Source: Nitrosarchaeum sp.
Lineage (GTDB): Archaea; Thermoproteota; Nitrososphaeria; Nitrososphaerales; Nitrosopumilaceae
Direction: 5' to 3'
DNA length: 64,000 bases
NCBI GenBank assembly: GCA_965223865.1
Contig: OZ245020.1
Coordinates: forward strand, 768,001 to 832,000
Part shown: one piece after another, positions 9,342 through 18,150 of the stretch
Layout: every line of letters starts with the position of its first letter
How positions within the stretch are numbered: the first letter of the stretch is position 1
The notes under the pieces: generated by a model
Databases searched by the model: none
Seen by the model: the letters and a program-made list of their open reading frames with translations, nothing else
Told to the model about the DNA's origin: nothing
Position numbers and translations under genes: made by a program

Positions 9342-9435
9342 TTCCATGTGGGTCTAATTTACAATACCATAACTACATCCCCATGCAGGATATGTGGGGG
9401 ACTAGTTTAGGGAGGATTTCCAGACCCACATGGAA
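9342..9435. repeat. Nested inverted repeat / long hairpin (candidate ncRNA or MITE)
   Basis: Perfect 14-bp IR TTCCATGTGGGTCT / AGACCCACATGGAA enclosing AACTA..TCCCC / GGGGA.TAGTT. Confidence 0.6.
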
Positions 9436-9555
9436 ATAAAAATTATAAAATAAATGAAAAAAATTAATCGATTAGCATTCTGGCCATGTACCAAATCGTG
9501 TTTTCTTGTATCTAATTTTCATTGTTTTCATCTTCTCTTAGAACACTAAGTTAAA

Positions 9556-9890
9556 TCACTTGTATGCTTCCAATATTTCGGCTTCAAACGTTGGTTCTGA
9601 CTTTCTTTTTTTGAGTCGTTGCCTGACGTTAATTAGGGAATTATTGATTTGGTATTCTAATAGATACAGTGAAGTTTCTATTGTCTCTAACATATATCAA
9701 AATCATCCTCCTTTGCAAAGATCCAAGACAATCCTATCAAATCCATCGCATTGATTCTGAGCATGTTATCAGTAGGAAGAGCGTTTTTGGCATCACTTCC
9801 ATCCAAACATGATGATTGTATTTGACTCGTTTTTTCTGATTCATATTTTTTGTTTAGCATGATTTGTTGTATCATGAAATGATTAGCCAA
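9556..9890 (-). pseudogene. Frameshifted hypothetical gene
   Basis: 67-aa ORF continues in another frame as MLETIETSLYLLEYQINNSL...EILEAYK*; the shift falls in an ATATAT run near 9692. Confidence 0.5.
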
Positions 9891-10029
9891 TATCAGCTAA
9901 TTAAGACAGAAGAATTTTGAATAAAAATTATCTATAATTAACTAGTTGATTTGCATCAGAATAAAGTCAACTCATTTGTAAAAAGATTAACCGATGGGAA
10001 TAATAGAACAGACGCACGCGATTAATGTT

Positions 10030-10670
10030 TTATGTTACATCAATTGAAAATTCAAGTTGCAGACTGAGTGCCATTGGATTATCCAAACTATGCCAAACAA
10101 ATATTGTAGCAGCATATTTTCCTGCACTCTCAGGAATCCATGATACTGCAGGTCAAAAAGTCTGTCCCGTAACCAGTTTTCCTGTAATCCATGATAAGGA
10201 TTGTACTGCCTCTGATGAGTCCTGAATCTGAACCAAATATGTGAAGGGTTGATCTGTAATGTTTTTGTTTGCAATGTTGGCTGTAATCTGAATCTGTTGA
10301 TTGATCTTGATTTGAGTGATGTTGTTGCCAAACGAATCAATTACTTTGTGGCTTGAGACAGGTACCCTTTCTAATGGAGGGATAACAGGTCCAACAAAGG
10401 TGCCCGCTGAAATTTTGAGATCATCTGTCTTGGTGTATGGTTTTGGTAATGTATTGTCTTCATATTTTGCAGTTACTGTATCGCCATCAGATACACGAAG
10501 TCTATGGCCTGAAGATTGATCCTTGCTTGAAAAAGTGACGTGTCCCTCAAATATTCCGGTTGCAGGACCCGTCTCAGTTACTGCCAAGTCAATGCCTCCA
10601 GTCCTTGGGTTTCTATCTGCATCATGTTTGAAACCAGTCAGGATTACCTCACCTGCAAATAAACTCTAAG
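10030..10670 (-). pseudogene. Fragment of an S-layer-like exported protein gene
   Basis: GEVILTGFKHDAD, GGIDLAVTETGPATGIFEG, TA.YEDNTLP, and a frameshifted C-terminus PAVSWIPE.AG.Y.ATIFVW..LDNP.AL; N-terminus missing. Confidence 0.75.
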
Positions 10671-10690
10671 ATGTCCTGATTGTAGAAATT

Positions 10691-10858
10691 TCAGCATAAA
10701 GTTGCATTCTGACATTTTAACTCACACTCAAAGTGAATCTGTTCATCCACGTACTTGTGGCACTCAATGCATTGAAATTGGGTTGGCTGCTTGCAGCACT
10801 CGCATGATTTTATAACAGCAAGTGAGTTTCCACAGTTTCTACAAGAATCGATTCGCAT
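10691..10858 (-). CDS. Double zinc-finger microprotein, copy 3, 55 aa (MRIDSCRNCGNSLAVIKSCECCKQPTQFQCIECHKYVDEQIHFECELKCQNATLC)
   Basis: Manual translation; shares MRID.CR.CG and EQIHF.C with 477..665. Confidence 0.85.
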   Translation of the reverse strand: MRIDSCRNCGNSLAVIKSCECCKQPTQFQCIECHKYVDEQIHFECELKCQNATLC

Positions 10859-10896
10859 TACTATGATATGTTGATGTTAATACATTACACTTGGTC

Positions 10897-10908
10897 AGCT
10901 GATCAGCT
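10897..10908. promoter_or_regulatory. Palindrome AGCTGATCAGCT between divergent microprotein genes
   Basis: Perfect 12-bp palindrome about 40 bp upstream of 10858; variant of GCTAATTAG. Confidence 0.45.
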
Positions 10909-10965
10909 TACTGGTAGTTTGAGAAATTTACCAGACTCTATGAGATACCATGACATACCATAACC

Positions 10966-11124
10966 ATGAAAACAACAACTCAGATACAAAAAACCAGCAA
11001 CTGGGACAAGATGGTCCATGCCCCTTTCAGAAAAGTAATCAAGTTTGACTTGATCTGTATGGGACTTGGTATTGTAATGGGTATGGGCCTTGGTGCCTTT
11101 TTAGTTGCAGGAGGAGGAGCATAG
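10966..11124 (+). CDS. Membrane microprotein, 52 aa (MKTTTQIQKTSNWDKMVHAPFRKVIKFDLICMGLGIVMGMGLGAFLVAGGGA)
   Basis: Manual translation; Gly-rich hydrophobic C-terminal helix. Confidence 0.7.
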   Translation: MKTTTQIQKTSNWDKMVHAPFRKVIKFDLICMGLGIVMGMGLGAFLVAGGGA

Positions 11125-11143
11125 CTCCTCAATTTACTTTTTT
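11114..11143 (+). terminator. Hairpin plus T tract
   Basis: GAGGAGC-ATA-GCTCCTC followed by AATTTACTTTTTT. Confidence 0.45.
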
Positions 11144-11150
11144 ATCAAAC

Positions 11151-12143
11151 TTGGGTGTGAATAAGACAATGATGAAGTTTACCAAAGTTGAACCAGCATA
11201 TACCTCAAAACATGGATGCAGGTTGGTATGGGAAGGAATCGACGAGGATGATTCAGACACAGTAATACTGAACAAAGATGAGCTTGATTCGCTTGTAGAG
11301 ATTCTAAAAAAGGACAAGACGGGTACAATAACACTAGAGGATCAGATGAGCTTCATTCTGGTAAACTCTGATGTCACGCAATTTATGTTACAGGGTCACG
11401 GACCACTGGAAGCTGACACATTTGATTTACAAAAACAAGTTTTAGAGTACGCAAAAATTCCTCACGAGCCTCAGTATGTCTACATTAATCCAAAAGAATT
11501 CTATCCTTCTGTATGGATAAGAAAAGAAGAAGAAAACTCTTCTGGACAACCAAACAAACAAAAATCAAAACCATCATTATTGCAGGCTATTTTATCCTCA
11601 GACCCAGAGAAAAAAGATCTGTCTCCTTCAGACTCTGACGTGTTTCGTATATTTTCAACAAGACGTTCTACCAGAAGATTTGCAAAAAATAAGATAGAAG
11701 ACTGGAAGGTTGACAAGATACTGGCAGCAGCTGACACTGCACCAACTGCAGGAAACTTTCAGGGTCTCAAGATATTTTACGTAAAAAATAACAAAACAAA
11801 AGAAGCATTAGTCGAGGCTGCAAATAGACAGCCGTATGTGAACGCTCCTCTTGTCCTGGTGTTTTGCATGGATCCATCCAGAGTGAATCTGAAATTCCCG
11901 CCGGAGATACTGGAAAAGTTTTCGATGCAGGATGCAACGTTAGCAGCTGCCTATGCGCAGATTGCAGCCTCAGGATTGGGCTTGAGCTCCATCTGGATAG
12001 GCATGATTGACGAAGAAAAGGTAAAAAATATTCTTGGAACCAAATTAAGACCGTCTTCCATTCTCTGCATTGGATACCCTGACAAGAAAAAGCCACCAAA
12101 ATCAAGAAGAAAACTCAAAGAATTAATCGAGGTCATTGAATAG
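11151..12143 (+). CDS. Nitroreductase-family protein with an extra N-terminal domain
   Basis: RRSTRRF, APTAGN.Q, GLSS.WIG, IGYP in the C-terminal half. Confidence 0.9.
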   Translation: MGVNKTMMKFTKVEPAYTSKHGCRLVWEGIDEDDSDTVILNKDELDSLVEILKKDKTGTITLEDQMSFILVNSDVTQFMLQGHGPLEADTFDLQKQVLEYAKIPHEPQYVYINPKEFYPSVWIRKEEENSSGQPNKQKSKPSLLQAILSSDPEKKDLSPSDSDVFRIFSTRRSTRRFAKNKIEDWKVDKILAAADTAPTAGNFQGLKIFYVKNNKTKEALVEAANRQPYVNAPLVLVFCMDPSRVNLKFPPEILEKFSMQDATLAAAYAQIAASGLGLSSIWIGMIDEEKVKNILGTKLRPSSILCIGYPDKKKPPKSRRKLKELIEVIE

Positions 12144-12216
12144 ATTTAATCAATGTTTCATTATTTTTACATTTTTTCCATCTGTATAGAAAACAGATGC
12201 CGTGTGAATAATTAAA

Positions 12217-12348
12217 TCAGTCCAGTGGAAAGTCGGTTTCACAAATGACGCACCTACCTCTTATTCCCTTATAATTTCCATTATAGTATTGGATTATCTC
12301 TTTTTTGCATATGATACAATTCAAACTATTTTTGGGCAACATATTCAT
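12217..12348 (-). CDS. Zinc-ribbon microprotein, 43 aa (MNMLPKNSLNCIICKKEIIQYYNGNYKGIRGRCVICETDFPLD)
   Basis: Manual translation; two CxxC knuckles. Confidence 0.72.
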   Translation of the reverse strand: MNMLPKNSLNCIICKKEIIQYYNGNYKGIRGRCVICETDFPLD

Positions 12349-12395
12349 TTGGTTTTCACGCTATAAAAACAACATATTACTGAAAGTTTTTTTTG

Positions 12396-12494
12396 TTATT
12401 TTGAAATCTCAATGGCACACTTTGTTGAACAGATTCTTCTGTTGAAAACATCTTCATACTCTCTTCCACAATGAACACATTTTCTAAACACCAT
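12396..12494 (-). CDS. TRASH/treble-clef-like microprotein, 32 aa (MVFRKCVHCGREYEDVFNRRICSTKCAIEISK)
   Basis: CxxCG...CSxxC. Confidence 0.7.
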   Translation of the reverse strand: MVFRKCVHCGREYEDVFNRRICSTKCAIEISK

Positions 12495-12633
12495 GTCCTT
12501 ATTTGGAGTTTCATGAATTTAAAGAGATCATGTATCTAATGATTAAAAAATTCATTTTACATTTGTAGAATATCTCTTAGTTATAGCTCATTTTCATCTG
12601 ATTTTTATGTAGTAAATAAAAAAGTAATTACTC

Positions 12634-13434
12634 ATGAGTGACCTCATTGATGAGACTGCAAACTATGTTTTAGATCTTGCAAGCCCACAAAGATTGTCAA
12701 TACTATTCAAACTGCTTGAGAAAAACTATACTCCAACTGAGATTGCAAAAAAACTAGAGTCTACAAAACAAGAAGTTCATAGAAATTTCATCAGGCTGAC
12801 AGAAAGTGGATTAATCGAGAAAAATGTTGATGGAAAATATTCTCTTACGACATTTGGTGAAGTTGTGTGCACTCAAGTACCTACACTAGTGTTTTTGTCT
12901 CAGAACAGAAAATATTTTGAGGAGCATAGCTTTGGTGAAATTCCTCACAAGTTCAAGATGCGATGTGGGCAGCTTGCCAGCGGAAAGCACATCAAAGGTT
13001 TTTCTAAAGTGATAGAAAAATGGAAATTAATCTACAAAAATGCTGATGATTACATCTATGAGATACTCTCTGAAGTTCCACTTGATTTGATTGAACCGCT
13101 AGTCAGACGCGTTAAGAAAGGAGTGAAATTCAATTACATCTTCTCCGAATCAATAGTTGTTCCAGAAGGACGTAAGTCGTTGTTAAAGAAACTTGGATTT
13201 GACAAGCTTGTAGATAAGGGACTAGTAGAACGCAAGATGGCAGATAATGTACAGACGGTACTGGTCCTCAGTGAAAAGGAAGCCTGTGTCTTGTTTCCAG
13301 ACAAAAACGGAGAATCTGACATCAGTGAGATGTTTTATTCTGATGATCCAATGTTTCATGAGTGGTGTCTTGACTATTTCAGGTACTGTTGGTATGGCTC
13401 TGATGCATTCAAGGAAAGCAAGTTAAAAGAATAA
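12634..13434 (+). CDS. ArsR-type wHTH regulator with C-terminal sensor-like domain
   Basis: LAS.QRL.IL, T.QEVHRN, Y.LTTFG, FHEWCLDYF; paralog at 17151. Confidence 0.88.
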   Translation: MSDLIDETANYVLDLASPQRLSILFKLLEKNYTPTEIAKKLESTKQEVHRNFIRLTESGLIEKNVDGKYSLTTFGEVVCTQVPTLVFLSQNRKYFEEHSFGEIPHKFKMRCGQLASGKHIKGFSKVIEKWKLIYKNADDYIYEILSEVPLDLIEPLVRRVKKGVKFNYIFSESIVVPEGRKSLLKKLGFDKLVDKGLVERKMADNVQTVLVLSEKEACVLFPDKNGESDISEMFYSDDPMFHEWCLDYFRYCWYGSDAFKESKLKE

Positions 13435-13457
13435 TAATCAGATCTGCAAAAAAAGGA

Positions 13458-14096
13458 TTAGGAAACAATTACTGTTCCCGTCATCCATGGGTGTACCATA
13501 CAAAAGTACTCATATTCTCCTGTAATCTCAAAGTCCAACGAATAGGATTGGAAAGGCTCTATTAGCTGACTGTCAAACAGTCCGTTTGGACCATCTCTGG
13601 CGTTTCCACTTGTGACTGTATGCACCACTGAGTCATTGTTTGTCCATATTACCTCTCCGCCATTGTTGATTTTGGCTTGTGATGGAATATAGCAGGTGTT
13701 GTTATCTTCACATCCAGGAACATATGTCATAGGAGATATGCGTACTTCTGCAAGGAATCTGTCATTCATTGACTGTTTTACTACATCTGGAACATCAGGT
13801 ATTGTCTCTCCGATGTCCTCTATTGTTTCTTCTACCTCATCAGTAATCGTTTCAGCTGCGTCTGTCACAATGTCTATCTCATCGATTGTTTCTTCTATCA
13901 TCTCAATTGATTCGTCAATGAACTCTTCTGTGTTTTCTGGGATTTCTCTTAGCTCTGCAGCAGTTCTTGCTATTGCAAGTTCTCCCTGCAATTGCATAGA
14001 ACTCTCATTTGTATTTGAGGAATTTGCAACAAATGCTACTGCTGCTGCAGTTACTGCAAGCACAACAAGAATTCCCATTTTATCTGTGCTGCTCAC
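13458..14096 (-). CDS. Membrane-anchored plastocyanin-like blue copper protein with acidic stalk
   Basis: N-terminal TM, HTVTSG, YFCMVHPWM. Confidence 0.92.
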   Translation of the reverse strand: MSSTDKMGILVVLAVTAAAVAFVANSSNTNESSMQLQGELAIARTAAELREIPENTEEFIDESIEMIEETIDEIDIVTDAAETITDEVEETIEDIGETIPDVPDVVKQSMNDRFLAEVRISPMTYVPGCEDNNTCYIPSQAKINNGGEVIWTNNDSVVHTVTSGNARDGPNGLFDSQLIEPFQSYSLDFEITGEYEYFCMVHPWMTGTVIVS

Positions 14097-14185
14097 ATTA
14101 CTGCTTACGTCTTAATTCCAATAATCCCTCATAAGCTGGGAACATTAATGTCAGCTACTGTTTTGATCAAATAATAATTCATCAT

Positions 14186-14512
14186 CTATACACTCTGTTT
14201 GTATTCTGTTTCAAGTTTTGTAATGTTTTTTACTAAAGAATCAATCTCAAGAACAGTATTTGACAAGTGTGCAAGGGCTTTTTTTCTTTTTTCTTGCATT
14301 TGCTGAATTGATCTTGTACTAAGTTGCTCTATTCCTGTTATTGAGATATTGTTTTCGCGTATTTTTTTGATATCGTCTTTGAGCTCAGTTAATAATCTTG
14401 ATTGTTTCTGACGACATGACAGTATTTCTTTTTTAATTTGTGGTAATTTTGATTTAGTTTTATGCGTGTTGTTTTTAGATTTGGATTTTTTGATGTTCTT
14501 TCCAATCGGTAT
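14186..14512 (-). CDS. Lys-rich coiled-coil protein lacking an ATG/GTG/TTG start (start uncertain)
   Basis: Over 105 open codons IPIGKNIKKSKSK...LETEYKQSV* filling an apparent gap. Confidence 0.5.
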   Translation of the reverse strand: MPIGKNIKKSKSKNNTHKTKSKLPQIKKEILSCRQKQSRLLTELKDDIKKIRENNISITGIEQLSTRSIQQMQEKRKKALAHLSNTVLEIDSLVKNITKLETEYKQSV

Positions 14513-14576
14513 ATTTCTAAGATTATCTTTTTTTATTTGTTTCAGATATTTGGACAGATATAATAATTTTCAAGAA

Positions 14577-14900
14577 TTATTTTACTAGACATTCACATAT
14601 GCCACCTGATATCTTCCAGCTCTTGCCACCCATCTTTTTGCATTGAGTTTTGGATACATTTTTTGCAAGAACATTCCTACACCCTGATTGAAGATAACAT
14701 GTGCCTAGAGATCTTCGTGCATAATGCTTCTTTTTATTTACAGATCTGTGCGTGGCACTTCTCGTCTTTGTTTTACTATCAATCTTTTTGACTGATAAGG
14801 CAGGAAGTTTTTTTCTGATGCGTCTGGTCTTTGAGATAGTAGGTTTCTTAATTTTTGGGATTTTTGGTTTTGGCATTCTGGGTCTTTTTACACCTGGCAT
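14577..14900 (-). CDS. Highly basic protein with Cys-containing C-terminal domain
   Basis: K/R/P-rich N-terminus; GTCYLQSGC..QCKKMGGKSWK..GICEC. Confidence 0.7.
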   Translation of the reverse strand: MPGVKRPRMPKPKIPKIKKPTISKTRRIRKKLPALSVKKIDSKTKTRSATHRSVNKKKHYARRSLGTCYLQSGCRNVLAKNVSKTQCKKMGGKSWKISGGICECLVK

Positions 14901-14938
14901 CTTACTAACAAAGTCTTTATTGATATTAAACCTAGCAC

Positions 14939-15385
14939 TTGAAGAGCAGCATGGTATTATCTTTTAAGCACATACTTGTCCCATATGATGGCACCAAAAC
15001 TGGAGACAAGGCATTTAATGGGGCATTACAGCTTGCAAAAAAATTTGAATCAAAAATTATCCTTTTGTCATGCATAGAGCGTGAACCTACATTTGTTTTC
15101 TTTGAGACAAAATCAGATAAACAAAACGTAAAAAAACGAAACAAAGCAATGCAACAAAGGATGGATAAGCTAAAAAACACTGCAGCCAAAAATAACATAA
15201 CATGCAGTTCCAAAATAACTAACTGTAATTTGGCTTCAAAATGCATTGTATCTTATGTGAAATCACACAAGATTGATCTAATTGTTATGAGCAAATCATC
15301 AAAGATAAATCCTGAAAAAATATATCATGAAAGCACAGTCAACTATGTCTACGGACATGTAGATTGTCCAATGTTTAACATTTAG
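14939..15385 (+). CDS. usp: Universal stress protein
   Basis: ILVPYDG, IDLIVM, ESTVNYV. Confidence 0.9.
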   Translation: MKSSMVLSFKHILVPYDGTKTGDKAFNGALQLAKKFESKIILLSCIEREPTFVFFETKSDKQNVKKRNKAMQQRMDKLKNTAAKNNITCSSKITNCNLASKCIVSYVKSHKIDLIVMSKSSKINPEKIYHESTVNYVYGHVDCPMFNI

Positions 15386-15439
15386 TAAATTTTGTTTTAT
15401 TCAAACGTATCACCATGTCTACAACTTCCAACCTCCTAA

Positions 15440-16453
15440 TTGATTAAATCTAAAAATCGGTATATTTTATTGAAGAAAATCATTTTGACCTTACATGAAC
15501 CGCAAGGTCAAAGCATTGAATACGTATTCAAGGAATTCAAAGTTCCGTTTTATAAAGAAAAAGTAAAAACTGATGAGATGGAGTTACTCGAATATACTGC
15601 ACTTGCGCCGGACAACACTGCAAGAACAATTCTTGAAAAAGTCTCCAGAATACTTGATACTCGACAAAAAGAGGTTACAGTTACAAGTCAGACCCTTGAT
15701 GCTGCTTTTTCAGATTATCTTATGAACCTAGAACAACAGGAGGACTCGAAAAGTACAGGACGTCTAGCCGAAGAGTTCCATGCAATAGCTGAACCCTCAG
15801 TGGATTTTAACAAGAATCTTTTGGCCATGGTCGTAATTGCTTCCGCAGTAGCATTGGTAGGATTATTCACCGACAATGCAGCACTTGTGATTGGAGGCAT
15901 GTTGCTTGCCCCACTGATAGGGCCTATGACTGCTTTTTCGTTTAATGTAGCCGTAGCCCATCCTGAAAAGATGGCAAAGGCCACAGTCAACGGCCTGTTG
16001 TTGCTGATTGCATCATTTGCAACTGCTGCAATACTCACACTGGTTGTATCTCAGTTTGTCGACCTGCCCATAACTGAGGAGATTCTGCTTAGAACAGAGA
16101 CATCTGTTGTTTTCTTGGCATTAGCAATAGCACTCGGAATTGCAGGTGGAATTGCAATGTCTACTAATGTTCCTGGAATTTTAGTAGGTGTTGCAATTGC
16201 AGCAGCACTGGTCCCTCCATCGGCAGTAACTGGAATTGGACTAGCATTAGGAAGAGTTGACATTTTTACCGATGCACTAGTACTTACAGCATCAAATGTA
16301 ATTGGTCTTATACTTGGTATGATGGTAGTATTTTTTGTAAAGAGAATAACTCCAAGAAAATATCATGAAAAAGAAAAAGGCAAAAAATACATGATTATAT
16401 CAATTTCAATTTTTGTTGGGCTTAGTATGATTGTAGGTTGGCTAACATTTTAA
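15440..16453 (+). CDS. TIGR00341/DUF389 membrane protein
   Basis: VIG.ML.APL.GP, LVGVAIAAALVPP. Confidence 0.9.
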   Translation: MIKSKNRYILLKKIILTLHEPQGQSIEYVFKEFKVPFYKEKVKTDEMELLEYTALAPDNTARTILEKVSRILDTRQKEVTVTSQTLDAAFSDYLMNLEQQEDSKSTGRLAEEFHAIAEPSVDFNKNLLAMVVIASAVALVGLFTDNAALVIGGMLLAPLIGPMTAFSFNVAVAHPEKMAKATVNGLLLLIASFATAAILTLVVSQFVDLPITEEILLRTETSVVFLALAIALGIAGGIAMSTNVPGILVGVAIAAALVPPSAVTGIGLALGRVDIFTDALVLTASNVIGLILGMMVVFFVKRITPRKYHEKEKGKKYMIISISIFVGLSMIVGWLTF

Positions 16454-16611
16454 ATTAATGGTACAATCTTGTGGTATTTTATGGTTAACATTGACTTTGT
16501 TTTCTTTTAATCATCCTAATTCCTTATGATGGAACAGAAAGCCGTAAGATTGTATTTCAATCTTCCAATAAGATAGAGTTTGTTGAAGAAATATTCGCCC
16601 TTTTTTACCAT

Positions 16612-16824
16612 CTATGTTTTTACTTTGAATCGATTTTTGTACTCATGAGCAAGCAATATTGGAAATGTAGTAAGCTCGATGTTATCATATAGATTTTTGA
16701 GTTGTTTGTCGCCAAGTGAATGCAGATACTTCTTTATGTTAATTTCAGTTTTAATATGATCTCCTTTAGGGTCGATAAGATTTTTCACGCGTTTATTGCA
16801 TAAATTTTTGATATATTCTATCAT
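16612..16824 (-). CDS. Small hypothetical protein
   Basis: 70-aa ORF; amphipathic helices; FPILLAHEY. Confidence 0.6.
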   Translation of the reverse strand: MIEYIKNLCNKRVKNLIDPKGDHIKTEINIKKYLHSLGDKQLKNLYDNIELTTFPILLAHEYKNRFKVKT

Positions 16825-16896
16825 AAGCTTCTGTTATGATATTAAGCTGTGATTTGTACTAGTTTTGATATCAAATGCACAACAAGTGTTACTATC

Positions 16897-17115
16897 ATGA
16901 CAACATTGAAACAATTCAAAGAGATCCTTGATGATATGGGCGAGCTAATGCTCATGACAGACACAGGAGAAAAATTTGAACTGCATAAACACAACGTGCA
17001 GTTTGATGAACAAAAAGATGCAATTGTAATTGATGCAGCTTCAGAGACCTTCTGGTTGGATCCTGCAAAGATAGCATACTATTGGATCCACAAAGAAGCC
17101 AAAGAAGAGAAGTAG
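16897..17115 (+). CDS. Small beta-rich (Sm/SH3-like) hypothetical protein; ORF track start 16849
   Basis: GELML.TD.GEKFELHKHNV.F...W.D..KI...WIH. Confidence 0.65.
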   Translation: MTTLKQFKEILDDMGELMLMTDTGEKFELHKHNVQFDEQKDAIVIDAASETFWLDPAKIAYYWIHKEAKEEK

Positions 17116-17150
17116 TAGGTAATCAATTAGCCCATTACAACATCAATTCA

Positions 17151-17963
17151 TCAATTTTTTATTCTTATGGGCTTTGTTCTTGATATTTTTTTAGATTTTT
17201 TCCATATATGCTCAAAGTAATCAAGACACCATTCGTGAAATCCCAAACTTTTTCCATAAAACATGTGTCGTAAATCTGGCTCTCTATTTGATGTAGAAAA
17301 TACAACACCAGCCTCTTTTTCGTTTATCAATAAAATCACAGATACCGAACTGTGTTCCTTACGATGTATTTTTTTATCTTCTATGAATTTGTAATAATTC
17401 ATCTTCTCCAACGTTTTGGTTCTGTCTTCTGGTTCTTGTAATTCTCTTGAAATGATATGGCGGTATTGTACTCCTTTTGCGATTTTTTTGAGTAAAGGAC
17501 TCATCATTTCCGGCGGAGATTCGGATAATATGTCAAACACATATTCTTCTGCATTGGAGTATATTGATCTCCATCTCTCCAGGACTGATGTAACTCCTTT
17601 AATGTGCTGACATCCTTCAAGTACTCCCAATCGTTTTGTAAACTTTGTTGGCAGATCTGCAAGATCATGATCCTCAAAGAATTTTTTATTCTTTGTAAGA
17701 AACGAAACGAGAGACATCTGAGACAGCATTACGTTACCAAATGTGGTTATCCTATAATGGTCCCCAAGTCCTTTTCTGACCATTCCAGCATGCCCTAATC
17801 TGTCAAGGTTTCTGTGTATCTCTTGCGGTGTAACGTGAAGTTTTTTTGCTATTGCATTTATTCTTGAAGGTTTTTTTGAAAGATGGCTTAATATCTGGAG
17901 TCGCTGCTCACTGGCTAGTTCTAAAAAATAACTTGCAATGCTCTCAAAATTTGCTGTCAACAA
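17151..17963 (-). CDS. ArsR-type wHTH regulator, paralog of 12634 (start about 17963; track 18092)
   Basis: LASEQRL, TPQEIHRNL, ITTFG, FHEWCLDYF. Confidence 0.88.
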   Translation of the reverse strand: MLTANFESIASYFLELASEQRLQILSHLSKKPSRINAIAKKLHVTPQEIHRNLDRLGHAGMVRKGLGDHYRITTFGNVMLSQMSLVSFLTKNKKFFEDHDLADLPTKFTKRLGVLEGCQHIKGVTSVLERWRSIYSNAEEYVFDILSESPPEMMSPLLKKIAKGVQYRHIISRELQEPEDRTKTLEKMNYYKFIEDKKIHRKEHSSVSVILLINEKEAGVVFSTSNREPDLRHMFYGKSLGFHEWCLDYFEHIWKKSKKISRTKPIRIKN

Positions 17964-18150
17964 AGAGATGATTTTTTTATCATATAAAATCAATTGCCAT
18001 GCTACCATAGACATAAAAAATATTAAGCAAAAAGAACCAAAGAAACAATTTCCTATCAAAGCAGTTTTATCTTTAGTGCATAAGCTTGACATATGATTTT
18101 CAGCTTATTTTTTTATAAATAATAATATCATTTGTACACAAATTGTTCAT

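Noticed and set aside
9472-9531. 19-aa ORF MKTMKIRYKKTRFGTWPEC upstream of the hairpin
   Set aside because: Too short to support without conservation data.
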